DNA of 64,000 nucleotides, from positions 3,838,610-3,902,609 of the forward strand of contig NC_068995.1 in NCBI RefSeq assembly GCF_001194135.2, given 5' to 3'. The translations under genes and the position numbers were made by a program. This DNA comes from Octopus bimaculoides. Taxonomy: Eukaryota. Shown piece by piece: positions 12,531 through 26,983 of the stretch (positions are counted from its first letter, which is position 1; the number at the start of each line of letters is the position of its first letter). Under the pieces are notes generated by a model. That model was not told the DNA's origin. It saw only the letters and a program-made list of their open reading frames with translations, and ran no database searches.

Positions 12531-12582
12531 AGGTGGTGCTCCAGCATGGCCGCAGTCAAATAACTGAAACAAGTAAAAGAAT
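12531..12582 (+). mobile_element. SINE family B, 3' end fragment
   Basis: ggtgctccagcatggccgcagtcaaataactgaaacaagtaaaag is the reverse complement of the 44770 copy end. Confidence 0.75.
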
Positions 12583-12654
12583 TCATATGACATTAAGTAT
12601 ATGCTCTTTGACACAAATATTATTGTATGATTTTTTTGGTAAAGTAAAAAATTG

Positions 12655-12781
12655 TCTCAAGCCTAGTGGAGCTTCAGATGTTTACGTTCATTAAACACTT
12701 ACAACGCCCGGTCTGCGAATCGAAACCGCGATCCCACGATCGACTGTCCGCTGCCCTAACCACTGGCCCATTGCGCCTCCG
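12655..12781 (-). mobile_element. tRNA-derived SINE head (family C)
   Basis: Minus strand ggaggcgcaatgggccagtggttagggcagcg...gcggtttcgattcgcagaccgggcg has Pol III A- and B-box-like motifs but no acceptor stem or CCA. Confidence 0.7.
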
Positions 12782-13424
12782 CATAGAATTTAGTAAACAT
12801 TTGTGTCATATATTAAAAGGATTAATCAAATAAAAAATTAATATTGTAAAATAGCAAAGCTTTTTTTTAATGCTAATTTTACTTTGAAAACTGAAATAAT
12901 ATTCCTACTGATTGAGTGACTTTTAAAATTGATTGACACGGAATTCCAACACAAAACCGCTTTTCACCATTAAATATTTCATGTAGCAGCTATTTTATCT
13001 TTCATCTGGTTCTTATTCATCAGTGTTCACATAAATCAACTAAAAATTTTTGATCATCTATCTTACTAATGGATTAGACAGTAAATACGTGTACACTTAG
13101 CTCCTACCTGTCGGTATGAACACCTATGTGAGCAAAGATTATTTAAGTATCAGAAACGCTACCTCTGTCAATATTTCTAATGAATATCTTGATTTGGCAT
13201 TGATTATTCTGTTCACAGCCTGCAGTTCAAGAAGTGACACGATTTCACTCCTACGTCAAGTTTTCGTTTTAACGTCTATTACTAAAATAATTCAGATTAT
13301 TTTTAGATTTTAAAAATGTAAGAGGATTCGTATAATATTTTAGTCCAGAGATCCTGATAACATCATCCATTTCTTCTCTACATTTTCCAGGCTCATCTTC
13401 AATATTGGTATCCATTATGGACGC

Positions 13425-13770
13425 CCGTGGTTGATGATGGGCTGACATCCGCTGAGACTGCGGCATCTCCGACGCTTCATTGACGAAGATGAACAGGTGT
13501 GGTCACCGTTTGTACGGCGCACTTTCCCGCAGCTCGTCTCCTTGGTCGAACTGCAACCGTGGATCAAACAGAGACCGAGGCAAGGCGAATGGCACCGCGA
13601 GTGTCGCGTTGCTCTCAAGCAACTCTGCCGTCCGGGACCAAACTTGTGCGACTTCATTGCAACAAAGGCGTTCTATAGAGGGGAGGTGTGACGACGTTCT
13701 CAGGCAGAATCTGGGCGTCGACGAGGAACACCTGGCCCGCCTGTTCAGGAGAACTTTTGGGCCGGGAGAG
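13425..13770 (+). mobile_element. Decayed L1/Tx1-like LINE ORF2 fragment (region after the RT domain)
   Basis: GC-rich island. Reads PWLMMG*HPLRLRHLRRFIDEDEQVWSPFVRRTFPQL...FYRG, then after a frameshift EGRCDDVLRQNLGVDEEHLARLFRRTFGPG. Resemblance to the Tx1-type post-RT region is recalled, not searched. Confidence 0.55.
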
Positions 13771-14291
13771 GGAGAGAGAAAGAACATTACAAACAATGAA
13801 TGAGATAGACATGGAATGAAAAATCGTATAAATAAAAGCACGTTAAAAACTCTTGTACCGAATATTTAAATTTGTCAACTTAATAAATATTTTTTTCAGT
13901 AATTTATCTCAGTTATTTACAAATAGCGAATTAAAAATTGAAAAGGAAACATTAAAATTAGACAGTGACAGACTTCGCCGTTTTTACGTCAATACCGGAA
14001 GTTGACACTCAGAATCCTTTTTAAAGAAATGAATCATAAATATAAAGCAATATTTTTTATTTCTAATAAAAAATTCAAATGAAGGAGCCTATTATTTGTC
14101 CGTGGTGGAATTATTCATGCATCACAAGTATGGAAGCAACTGGTGAAACCGTTTTCGCATGAAAAGTGAATAAACACACATCTCTATTTTATATATTATT
14201 ATATATATATTATACATTATTATTATATATATTGTATAATATAGTATGCCATACATATGATAGAAGCCTATTTGAACTTAAGGAAATGCGC

Positions 14292-14324
14292 TGTGAGTAT
14301 TATGTGAGTATTATGTGAGTATTA
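14292..14324. repeat. 3 x 11-bp tandem repeat TGTGAGTATTA
   Basis: Direct reading. Confidence 0.9.
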
Positions 14325-14910
14325 TATACATTGTACTAAAATTTATTGTGTTAAAATATTATTGTTACGTTGTGAACTAAAACAGAATCTGCGCTGAGCA
14401 ACAAAAGACAAAACTAAAAGTTTGTTAATTGTTTAACCCGAATGTATTACTTAATTTGAAATTAGATTTATGTATTCATAAATATTTACATATTCAGAAT
14501 TTTAAATTAATTCTTCAAATCTAGTAGGATAAAAATAATTATCAAGTATTTATCTATAAAACAAATGCAATTAGAAAGTTAGTCAATTTTACAACATAAA
14601 TTGCAAGCAGGAGTTTTGAATGGTATTTCCGGAGAGAAAAATCGTTTACGGATAAATATTCACAGAAGTTAGTTTTATTCGTAAATCTCAGGAAGTAAAC
14701 GGATATTACAGTGAACACATCAAAGTTGATTATTTTAACCGATAAAAAATAATGTTTTGAATAAATTTAACTTAACCAAAGTAAAATTCGTCATATAACG
14801 TGGAAGAATCTAGATTGTTTCTTAACATCTATTTTTAGTTGGTCTCTACAAATCGCATGGCGTACTTAAATGCTTCGAAACACCAGACAAAATTTAATTG
14901 ATACATCTAT

Positions 14911-14988
<78 letters not shown>
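14911..14988. repeat. (AG)n microsatellite
   Basis: Direct reading. Confidence 0.97.
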
Positions 14989-14994
<6 letters not shown>

Positions 14995-15386
14995 CGATCT
15001 CATTATACACTCTATCATTCTTTCACTAATGAACTGTGTTTGCGGAATGGTTAACCAAATGTTTCTACAGAGGCCATAATGTCAAAGAACTCGTCAGTTG
15101 GAATCAATTAACACCTATTTGTATCACTTGCCAGGCATACACATTTATTTAGCTGCAGCTAATTGCGTTCGATTTCATATTGACAGGAAGTTGTGAGAAA
15201 GTCTTCAATGTACCTGCTGTCATCACCGCTTGATCTTTTACTAATTAGTAGCATAATATATGATATACCCTGTTAAGTGTACGGGTAGTTACGTATGTAT
15301 GTTTATTGGTATGTACGTATGTACGTATGCCTGCTTGTACGTAAGTATTTATGCATGTATGTATGTGTCTATCTATCCATCCATCC

Positions 15387-15446
<60 letters not shown>

Positions 15447-15507
15447 GTTTTCTCATACATCTACCACTCGGTCGACTAGTCACTGTTCTGCTGTTTATCG
15501 TTTATCG

Positions 15508-15644
15508 TTTACTTGTGTCAGTCATTAGACTACAGCCATGCTGGGGCACGCCTTGAAGTATTTTAGTCGATTTGTTTTTAAAGCCTGGTGCTTATTCATC
15601 GGTGCCTTTTACCGAACCGCTATGGTACGGAAGCATAAGCGCAT

Positions 15645-15677
<33 letters not shown>

Positions 15678-15848
15678 TATATATATATATATATACAGCA
15701 GGCTTCTTTCAGTTTCTGTCAACCAAATCTAATCGCAAAGATTTTGTCGGCCTGAAGCTAAAGGAGAACATACATGCCCAAGGTGACATGCAGTAAGACT
15801 GAACTCGGAGCCATGTTGCTGGAAGCAAACTTCTTACCACACAACTAT
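15508..15848 (-). mobile_element. SINE family B, full length with internal (CA)/(TA) tract
   Basis: cagtcattagactacagccatgctgggg...ggcttctttcagtttc...gcaaacttcttaccacac. Confidence 0.85.
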
Positions 15849-15863
15849 ATACACACATTTTGC

Positions 15864-15918
<55 letters not shown>

Positions 15919-16429
15919 GTGTATTGATACATATATGTGTGTATATATATGTATAAACATGCACACATGCGCGTGCACACACATACAAAAACACAACCAC
16001 ACACACACACACACACACACACGCAAATGTGCCAAACGAGTATTGAAGGGTCGGGCATCCCCTAAATTAGCCGCCAAAACACATTGAAATCTTATCCCCC
16101 TGTGTTAATATGTCAGATTAGATATGCCGTTCGTTTTTCTGTCCACAAGAAAAAGGTGTGATTGTCATGGGCGGAATACATTTCATCCCAAGTCTGCTAA
16201 ATCAAGGTTGACGTGGCGTGAAACAAGCCCTGAATATCTAACATAGATTGTTTAATTAAATAAGCTTATCTAAATCGCAAGGGCATTCTCTCTCACCGAC
16301 ATCGTTAATAGAGTTTTAAAACGCTGATGTTAAGACGAAATTAGGACAGTTTAATGAGTTTTGTATTTTCTTTCCTTATTACTGTTGCTACTGTGTTGCT
16401 CGATCTTGTTCTCAAAATCGATCACGATT

Positions 16430-16565
16430 ATGGCTGAATCGATAGAGCGTCGGGAAAAATGTTTTTCCAGTATTTGTCTCGATGTGTCGCCTTTTGTGTT
16501 CAAATGCAGTCGAGGTCGACTTTGTCATTTTATCATTATATGGGGTCGATAAATAAAGTACCACT
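16430..16565 (+). mobile_element. SINE family A, degenerate 5' two-thirds
   Basis: gtcgaggtcgactttgtcattttatc...ggggtcgataaataaagtacc. Confidence 0.6.
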
Positions 16566-18517
16566 CACATACTGGAGGCTGATATTCTTAAATTAGAAAT
16601 TATAATTAGTTGTCGCCACTGACATTTTCTCAGCGGCCAGTTTTGTTACGACTGTAGTTGGAAATATTCTCCATTCGTGATATTTCTGCACTTCAACACT
16701 ATTGCCTTTGATTAAGCATATCCCATTAACCTGGTAGCAAAACTTATCAGCAAAAGAGGGACCTATTAAAGTGACGACGAATTGTTGGTTCGGGGTTAGA
16801 ATTCAGGGCAGCAGTTAAATAAATATTTTAGAACAGTATAATAGAAATGCTTTCGGCTGGGCGGAGAATCACATAGTGTATGATTGTGTTACAACCATGG
16901 TGAGAAGTTTGGAGAGTCGGTGGGAAGAAAGAAGTGTAGTTGAAGTAATTAGAGCCTGATTTTGATTGTGATGTAACAAAAAAGGGGCAACGTAGGTCAG
17001 TGGAGGTAGATATGAGAAGTCCTTTGGGTAACTGCAAGTGGTTGCGAGAAAAAGTAGTTATTGCATGCTAGAGATGAATTATGGCAATTGAAGGAAGTGG
17101 AGAAAGTACGTTGAAGAGAATAATTTTTATAGTAAAGTGTGTAGCCCTTGGCAAACCTCACTTAGAAGAATAGGGAAAACATTTTTTGATAGCAGTTCGT
17201 GCTCCAGGCCACTACAGAGCCATCTTTGTCAGTTGTTTTACTTGTACGGCACTTTCAGTTATAATGAAATGTCTTGACAACACAAAATCGGAGCCAGTAG
17301 AATCTAACTTTCAATGAATGTTTAAAGTATAAGGCAGAGAAAAATGAACATAAGAAAACAAATAAATAAAATTGAAGTTCTTATTTTTAAAATTTAAAGA
17401 TAAAAGAAAGACGTAACAAATGATAAATCTTGACATGTATCTGCAAAATGCAAAATGTTTGGGTAAAGATGAGAAAAGAAATGAAGAAAATAGATAAAAG
17501 AATTAAGAGAAAGTTTTTCGAAATATAAAGAAAATGGAAGAAAAGAATTAATAAAAATGCTTTGATCGAAGAGAAGAAACACTTTGAATATTGCAATAAA
17601 AATTTTAACAATTACAGTGACGTCAACGTTTCACTGTTTATTTTAATTTTTTTTTCTTATTTATCTTTTATAATGTACAACATTAATTTATAAAAAGATA
17701 AAACTTTAAACTTTCTTTTTATTCTAAATCACAACTGCTGATTCGGATCTATACAGAAAAGTGATATGGAGAGACAGAAAAAAAAAGAAGACCAAATTGT
17801 TAAAAAGGGCTTCGAAGAGTATACGTAAAGAAAAAAAAATAATCAATTATGACAAAAGACTTGATTCTAAGACTGAGAAAGGAGACGGAAGAATGTATAT
17901 TTTCTAAGAGCAGCACAGAATATATTCTTCGCTATAATTGGAAAGTAGTAGTCAAGCAGATTGTAATTGTTTTTATTCCTCGTAACCATTCTTAGAAATG
18001 TTAAAGGAAAAAGAAAATGGTAAACATGATAGTGTAATCAGAAGAGGCTAATATTAGGTTAGGAAAAAAAAATAATTGTACCATAAACGAGATTTCAGCA
18101 AAGAAATATAGCACGTGATTACACAGTTAAATAAGTGCAAAATCTGAAGGCAAATATATGGTGGAATGTTATTTTGATATAAAGAGGAAATGAAATAACA
18201 ACAGAACCTGTATTAAATTGGTAGTCGGAGACAAATTCCGAATAATTTGTTTTTATCACATTTTTATGCAGAAACAAAATGGCGGTTGTTTTCTGTGTTA
18301 CATTTTGGAATAACTACTGTACTTCAGTTGTTTCAAATTTTTTATCACACATGCAAGTAGTTCTTTTTTCAGCAAAGCGCCATTTTCTCACTGCTGTCCC
18401 CATTCTCTTCTTTCATATCGTACGTTGTTTGGTATAAATAGAACAATATTTCCAATTAAGATGATTTCTTTACAAACTATAAAGGAATAAGCATGACCCT
18501 TTAATAGTGAGATATTT

Positions 18518-18912
18518 ACTCTTACTTGTTTCAGTCACAGAACTGCGGTCATACTGGGGCAATAGTTGTAGCTGATCATATCGACGCAGATACTCTTATA
18601 AAGCGTGGTATCTAATTTATCGATCTTTGCTCATTTAGTTCTTCCACACGTTTACGGGACATAAATAGACACCATTTTGTTTTTGAAGCGGTCTTAACTC
18701 AACAACGGACATAAATGTAAACACCCAGACAGTCGGATACACAGACTCACTAAACTATGTACAGAGAGAGCGGTCTTCTACACAGTTTCCGTCTACCTGT
18801 TTCACTCACAAAGCGTCAGTGATTCGATGCTGTAGTAGAATACATTTCTCCCAGGTTCCACATAGTGGGGCTGAATCCGTGTTCATGAGATTGAAAAGCA
18901 AACTTCTTCACC
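18518..18912 (-). mobile_element. SINE family B, full length, diverged
   Basis: ttacttgtttcagtcacagaactgcggtcatactgggg...cagtttccgtctacc...aagcaaacttctt. Confidence 0.8.
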
Positions 18913-19134
18913 CCTTTATTTTGGTTTTGTTTATCTTATATAAATATAAGTGAACAGCAGCGTCGTTACTTGCAGCATTCCACCAGAAGTTAATGGTTCT
19001 CGGGATTTGTGAGAGGGAAAGGAACAAAACGGAGTATTTGAACTCGGTGCAGATAAATTATGGTAAGAAATTTAGCTACAAAAGTACCGCTTTGTGATCT
19101 ATGTCAATAAAAGTTAAACGCGTATCTATCTGTC

Positions 19135-19136
19135 TG

Positions 19137-19205
<69 letters not shown>

Positions 19206-19294
19206 TAAAATATAGATATGCAGGGCAGGGAATCGTCAATTAGTAATAAAATTAATAATTAACAATTTTGCCGGGTAGCTCAGTATGAAAAAAC

Positions 19295-19360
<66 letters not shown>
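19135..19360. repeat. Two (TCTA)n tracts flanking a ~90-bp spacer
   Basis: Direct reading. Confidence 0.93.
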
Positions 19361-19361
<1 letters not shown>

Positions 19362-20006
19362 CATATACATGTGTGTGTCTGTGTATGTGTGTGAGTATAT
19401 ATATATGGTGCAAAAACATTTAAAAAACACGATGACGTGGTAATTAAAGAAACAGGTTTACGCCCAGAAAAAAATATGTGGGGAAGTGTTTTACAGACTC
19501 TTCTACAGAAAGAATAGAGGAAAGAAAAAAAAAAACCAGAAAGAGAAAAATACAAACATGTCTCAGTTAGACGGTCATCGCATGCTGAAATGACCGGAAG
19601 AGCAGGTGGCTAGAGGCGTGAATGATAAGACAGCTGTGAGAGTTGAATCGATAAGTATGTGGCAGTGGGGCCATTTGTGAACCAGGAATATCTGTGCATG
19701 TGTATGAACAAGCGCGTGGTATTTATGAAGCTAATGTGTGCGTGTATATATCTAGTACGAGGGTAGATTTTATCGAGGGTACCTTCTTTCGAGTTGAGCA
19801 ATCGATAATATAAAATTACTTGTCGAAGGTCATTGGGAAATATGTGAAAGATGTTTTCATTCTCACGTAAAGACATTTTGAGATTCTTCCGTAATTTTTA
19901 TCAATATTTTTGAAAATCAACTGATTTGGTCCAGGAGAATGAAATGTGCGAATTATCCTGCACATACCCCTTGTACTTGCCAGATAACGCAAATAAAACG
20001 AGTATA

Positions 20007-20110
20007 AGCAGATAATATGAGAGAAGCAGATAATATGAGAGAAGCAGATAATATGAGAGAAGCAGATAATATGAGAGAAGCAGATAATATGAGAGAAGCA
20101 GATAATATGA
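20007..20110. repeat. 18-bp minisatellite AGCAGATAATATGAGAGA, ~5.8 perfect copies
   Basis: Direct reading; gives the HIICFS repeat in ORF 19816-20220. Confidence 0.97.
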
Positions 20111-21072
20111 AGAATTGCTAGAGTGAGTTGGATAGGGAAGTAGTTCCTGGTGACAGGGAGGCTAACTGCTTGTGAAGGGGTTGTAAATGGGCGTGAGACG
20201 GAAGACTGATTGACTGCCATAGAGAGATAATTGAAACAATGTCACTCGAGTATTTTTAGCTCAACTACTGTAACTTCTAGAAAACTGAAGTGTGATCGAC
20301 TTTAATAAATCTTCAGCTATTTTACGCCCCAGGATGTTAAATCGCTTTTCTTCTAATATAATAAATACATTGTGGATTAACAAGATAATTTTAGAAATTT
20401 ATTAAGGAAAAACGTTAAATGATTTTATGCATAAAGAGAGTATTATTTTATAAGAAAACAGATTAGTTATTTTAAGATTAAAATCAATGTACTCCAGCAA
20501 TTTCTCTTATTTTATTAAAAAAATTATATATATTTAATGTACACATTTTACTCGTTTCTTAAATACTTCTTTCAATATTGACTCCTGCTATAATGGAAAA
20601 GCAAAGAAGAGAAAGAGTTATTGGTATCTTTTAAAAATCTTTGACAGTAAATCACAGGCGCTTATAATGTCCTTCGACGTCTCACGCGATAATATTCACT
20701 TTAATTTAGATTTAGAAAACAACCTCTGTATAAAGCAGCGTTTGTTTAGTTGCTGGTTGTCTACAGGAAGAGTTAATGCCTCTGACAGTTGCAGGCCGGT
20801 CTTGGTCAGTCAAGTTGACACCAATAATGTTCTTCATGAACATTCATAAGTCAACACTTGCAGAAAAAAACATGAGCAGGAAGAGAATTTCAGAGAAGAA
20901 TCTTTGGGCAAAAAGAACTGGTTACAGTGATTATTGCAGAGCCTAAGGTTTGAACGCAACAAAGGGATTGAGACGGAGAGGTATTTATATGAGACAAGAA
21001 TGCTTAAATGTTAGTGTCTTGGGCCCAACGAACTTCAAGGAGTAGAAGCCATTATAGTAGTGATAGAACAGT

Positions 21073-21213
21073 CAGTGCTCAGTTGGTACTTATTTCCTCA
21101 ACCCCGAATGGGAGAAAGGCAAAGTCGATCTCGGCGTAATTTGAACTCAGAATGGCATAAAACCTGACGAAATGCCGCCAAGCATTTTCTTTGGCGTGCT
21201 AATGATTCCTCCA
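21073..21213 (-). mobile_element. SINE family A, partial
   Basis: ggcaaagtcgatctcggcgtaatttgaactcagaa...gacgaaatgccgccaagcatt. Confidence 0.8.
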
Positions 21214-21219
21214 GGTTTC

Positions 21220-21220
<1 letters not shown>

Positions 21221-21283
<63 letters not shown>
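21221..21283. repeat. (AAT)n microsatellite
   Basis: Direct reading. Confidence 0.97.
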
Positions 21284-21284
<1 letters not shown>

Positions 21285-23724
21285 CCCTCTTCTGCTAGGT
21301 CATTTGGTTTTTATTTCATTAACACTTGCTTTACTCTATTATTCTATTTAATAATTATTTCCTTTTTGTTGTTAAATGTCAAGACACTTGACACACGAAC
21401 TTTTCTTCTTCAATACTGTCTTCTTTTTACCTTCCATAGAATGTTCCAGAAATGTAATATTAATTTACTAATACTCCAGAGATTTCCTTTTCCAACTTGC
21501 AGTTTGAACATTAACGTTTACCAAAAAAAAGTAAAATAAAATATAAAAAGAAAACTAAACTAAATGAAAATAACAAATAAATAAAAACAAGCGAAAATTA
21601 ATTAATTATCGAGAAACACTTCAAAGCCGTAATCAATGGTAATTTTAGGAGATGTTTCAAGAATATTCTGTTATGTAATGATACATCAAAGGCTTTTAGA
21701 GATTAATCAAAGACAATTTTTCCTTCATTCTCCACAAGCTCTCAATAGAATTTTCATCTTCTTTTACTGATTTGCGTCTGACATACAATATTCTTCAATG
21801 CTAATAATAGCAGGGGTCTCTGATCTTCACGTGAATACTGTAGCTATTGGGGTTTATAACCTTATCCGTCCTTAAAGGGCAAGAGGGTCTTAGATGATTC
21901 ATTCGAAATTTTCAGCCGTTGTCTCTTGTTTACGGCGCACAGAAAACACTTTTTATTCCATGTTTAATGCACGAACATTAGAGAACATGCTGTGACAACC
22001 AGAAAGGTATTTTGAAAAAGGTTCTTAAAACACGCTTGCTGTTTGTATAGAGGGATCTCGGAAAGATATAGAAATTTCATCGGTCCAGTTTTCTTCAATA
22101 AAGTGACATATTAGTAATAAACTAAAGGATTGAAATGGCGCTAAACGTTGCCCTTTTTATTAGAACACAGTCAAACATCTAAACTAAGACTGATTAAATT
22201 TCATTGACTAGACATCAAACATTGGTTAGATACACTCTATTTTAAATAGACACCAAGCGTCTTGTGATAAAGGTTTGAGACTTAGAATAAAACAAAGTGT
22301 AATGATTTCCAAATGAAGAACAACGATGCGAAATACGTGAATATATCACAGGCATGGAAATGACATGATGAGGATTGTTATTAATATTTTAAATGCATTA
22401 ATGGAAGAAATTATGCTTTACGTATATTCAACCAGCAGGCGAATTTCCAGCAACCTTCTGCTCGCAGTATGGTGGATATTGAACCTATATATATATTTAG
22501 TTGGTGTCTTTTTAAAAGAGATTATATTTAATCAACATTTGGAATCGTAATCCGATTAAATGTAATTCACCTTCGTTTTAATTCGAAAGAGTGTTCTTAT
22601 TTTTAATCTGTCGTAGTTGTAAAAATAACTAAACCTTCCAAAGTTTTATCAACGGACGTTGCAGGAATGCATGCTTTGCATGCACAAGTTAAAGGCAATT
22701 AGACTTATTGAACAACTCCAAATTAAATAGATTTAGTTCACTGGTGTCATGCCAACTGTTTGGATAGTATTTCTATGAACTTTATACAAGTCAAGATTTC
22801 ATATCTTATTCAGAAGTAAGTTGATCACCGAATAATAATTTGACCTTTGTGTGATTGACAGGCCGCTTATGTTCCGAAATAATTGGAATTATATTGTTTC
22901 ATATAGAACTTCTAGAAAATAACACTATTTATGTTATTAGATGTCGGTAAATCAGTGAAAATATTTCGAGATGATGGCATATAGGATTGCCAACTCATGG
23001 AACTAGAGCCAACGAGAGCACCTCTGCAAGGCTATTCAAACTGATAAGGATAGCAGCCACATCTTCCTCAAACCATACTCTGCTCCCTTAAAAAGAACGA
23101 CTAGAAGTAAATAACGCAAATATGCTGCCTTGTTTCAACATGGCTGGCATGCATTTATATTATCAATTATAGTTTTACAAATATTATGAATAAATCGTTA
23201 TTTGCATTGTGAATAAATCGAATGTTTTATGAAGACAAAGTCACCGTAAAAAAATGTGTCCACTTGTGACGAACACAACAGAGATTAGCATATTTGTGTT
23301 CGAACCTGCTGCAGCATATTAAGAATAAATATTCAAGTCATCAACAAATGTTAATATTGATCAAGAATCTATAATGATTATATTTTATCGATCTATTTTA
23401 GAAGAGGAAATTGTGTTAGTAGATTGATATATCTTCCATGCTTTATTTGTTTTAATAATGAAGATGCTTTAATCACAGTTCACAACAATTGTTTCTGTGC
23501 AATGATAACAACTGTTAGTTGCTTAGTTTTCTATATCATGCTGTTACATAAGTAAACATGATCCAGCAGCAGCTGTGTACCGGCATGTCGTCGGGCGAGT
23601 AGCATGAGTTCTACATGTATATCCAGCAAAAGGAATAAATTCCTACTGTATGATGACACATGGTAGCCGATAACCATATAGGCGCTTTGAAACGTACATT
23701 ATAAGGTTATTACCAGAGGACATT

Positions 23725-23787
<63 letters not shown>

Positions 23788-25643
23788 ATGTTCAGTAGAG
23801 TAGAATATCTACAAAATATTCAGGACATTAACACTTCCACACTAAGAATTTATTTGTAAAATTTACTAAATGAAATTATAAACAATTTGCACAAAAACTT
23901 GTAATTGTTTGAACAATACGTTTATAGTTTTTAGCTCTTCAACCAAATGCCCACTATATCAAATTTCCACGATTTATTTTATTAATTATCTTAATTTCTT
24001 TTCGTGCTTTGTGTTCCATTCTTAAAAGAAAGGAAGTCAAAAATGAAAATTGTTAAGGTGTGTTCATTGTTTCCGGCGAAAAAAAAAAACTGAAATTTTC
24101 TTTAATGCACGGCGTTTTATTGAAGTATTTTATAGCCGCCATCTTTCATTGTGAGTCATTGCACTTGGTGAAATTATATAAAAATATTTCCAGAAGAGCT
24201 GGGTGAAATAATCTAACAATAGAATAATTAATAATCGCAAACGTTAATTATGAAACAACCATATTTTAGAATTATTTTTCACTGAATTTATATTAGAATC
24301 AACAATAGCTTTTCTTTCACATCTGAAAGAAATCTTAGAATATTATTCAAATTAGCTGGCGAAATACAAATAATAATAAAGGTAGCTATTTTGCTGTAAA
24401 CGAGAAACTATAACATGTATTTCGTGTTATGCTGATAGCAACCGAAACTATGGAACGAAATTGAAGACATAATTGCCAAGTTTAAATATAATGAAACAAA
24501 TTATAGGATTGTATTTCATTTAAATTGCAATAATAGGAAAATAGGATTGTAAACATTTGTGGAGTTACTGAAGACTATATATGCATACATATATATATAT
24601 ATATATATATACACATAAATGTGAAACAAAGTGGGAAAAATAGTACTCGAATACCGGAGGTAGAGTAATATATATTTTATCATTAAAGCTGCAAAAACAT
24701 ATATATATATATATACACACACACACAAACACACACACATATGTATGCATGCATATACACATATCTATGTATATGCATGTGTATAAATATACATATTTAA
24801 TAGCAAAAAAATTTATGGAGTTAGACTGGCCCTTTCTCTAAATGCTTGGTGGGTTGAAATGTCATTTGCCCACGAACCTTTCGATAATGCGAATTGAGCA
24901 AGAAAACCCCCATCGTTCTCAAGACTCATAAGGAACAGTTTCCCTTCCCGGTTTTGGTAGCGTATATATATATACGGAGCTATATATATATATATGGAGC
25001 TAATTCACGGCAGCTTTCGTCCTAATTTTGGGACTGCCATGTTGGCTTGGCGATAACTATTAATTTCCAGTACCGCTGCCGTAGTCTCCTTTAGAGAGAC
25101 TTAGAAATATTAATAACTATATATATATATATATATATTTAAGCACTGGACGGGACGAATATCATACGTCTTCATTTCTTCATCTTAGGCAATCATTGCT
25201 TGCTTAGTAGTATGAAAGGCGTCTGAATGACGAGAGGCGTTGTGACTCTGTTAATGTGTGTGTGTTTGAATATGTACTCGAAAACAGCTGTTATCTTTAT
25301 GTTCTACTTGCTTCAATCATTTGGCTGCGACCATACTGGAGCATGCATGTAAGGGCTTTTGTCAAAGAAACACAGACCAATTTTTTTAATTATAACTCTG
25401 CTACCTATACTATCACACACATACACACACGCACACGTTTATGTATTTGTATAAAGCCGATGTTTTCCTCGCTGTCTACAACAGAGTTCATGCAACGCGT
25501 CCGTTTAGGATAAATTATCGACTCCAATATTCCAGAACATGCACTCAGTATTCTTTCTTTGGCATAAAAGTGTGGCACGGAGACACACATATCTAAATAA
25601 ATGTATATAAATATACGTATATAAGTTTATGCATATAAGTGTG

Positions 25644-25701
<58 letters not shown>

Positions 25702-26102
25702 NNNNNNNNNNNNNNNNNNNNNNNNNNNNNNNNNNNNNNNNNNNNNNNNNNNNNNNNNNNNNNNNNNNNNNNNNNNNNNNNNNNNNNNNNNNNNNNNNNN
25801 NNNNNNNNNNNNNNNNNNNNNNNNNNNNNNNNNNNNNNNNNNNNNNNNNNNNNNNNNNNNNNNNNNNNNNNNNNNNNNNNNNNNNNNNNNNNNNNNNNNN
25901 NNNNNNNNNNNNNNNNNNNNNNNNNNNNNNNNNNNNNNNNNNNNNNNNNNNNNNNNNNATAAATATAAGTCTATATATATATATATATGCATACACACAC
26001 ATATTACGTACATACAAACACACACACACAAACATTTGTGATTAAATTATATATATGTATGTGCGTGTGTATATGTGTGTATGTTTGAGTGTGTATGTGT
26101 GT

Positions 26103-26145
<43 letters not shown>

Positions 26146-26649
26146 TGTGTTGCATATATTTGTGTCTCCCTTTTTCTTTTTAAGCCAAACATTTTATCAG
26201 CCAATACTTTCACAAACGCAGAATTATATATTCAGATTTCATTTCATTTTTTTTTTTTTTCGTTTTGTTATTCATTTATCGCAGAAAGATCTACAGAATC
26301 ACTGTGGAACCACTTAAATGTCCTGCTTCATAAAGTAGCTTACTTTGCTTCCAATTCCTATTCTCATTCTTCTAACCCTCCACCCGCCGCCCTCACCACG
26401 ACGACGACGATCACCACCACGTACATACATTCGCCAAGTACAGAGATTTCTTGTGATCTATGTAGTCCAACAAACTGTCCAGTAGTGACAGAATGTCTGC
26501 AATAAAACTCAATGTCCTCCCAACCTTATCTTTATCTTCCAACCTTCCTCTCATTTAATGTATGTTTCCCAACTTTTTGAAACATAAAATGCTGCACCAT
26601 CTCACCAAATAAAGGAACTTGTTTCACTTTATGATTTTACAAGATACAT

Positions 26650-26875
26650 CTACTGAGCTAGAGTAGGAGTCTCCACGTGATTTTCCGACCTCCTGGATAT
26701 AGCAGACAAATCGCCCTCAAATGATATCATAGTGTCTTTAAAAGAAAGAGATGACACTAGGATAGTCCTAGATACACTATAACTAGAACAATGTCGAAGT
26801 ATTCAAGGTTGGAGTAATGTTTCAGCATTTGTTTGATCATTCTGCGCAAACCTAGGGCTAAACAAATGTCACAAA
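26650..26875 (+). mobile_element. Repeat family F
   Basis: atagcagacaaatcgccctcaaat...gtcctagatacactat...cctagggctaaacaa; related to 22990-23130, 27450-27697 and 31650-31860. Confidence 0.6.
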
Positions 26876-26983
26876 AACAAGTCCATTAACTTCCACTTCC
26901 AATGTGCCAAAAATGATCAAAAATCTGATATACACGACCGTCTCAATCGCTCGAGACCTCCAGCATGGTTTTAGTATCTTTAC

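Noticed and set aside
16830-17330. Possible CR1/L2-like LINE relic on the minus strand
   Set aside because: The composition is suggestive, but no motif could be read convincingly in any frame.
19756-19975. Possible mariner-type MITE (TACGAGGGT ... ACCCCTTGTA)
   Set aside because: Only about 9 bp of imperfect terminal similarity; the inner TIR sequences do not match.
20007-20110. CRISPR-like array
   Set aside because: The repeats are contiguous with no spacers, and the context is eukaryotic.
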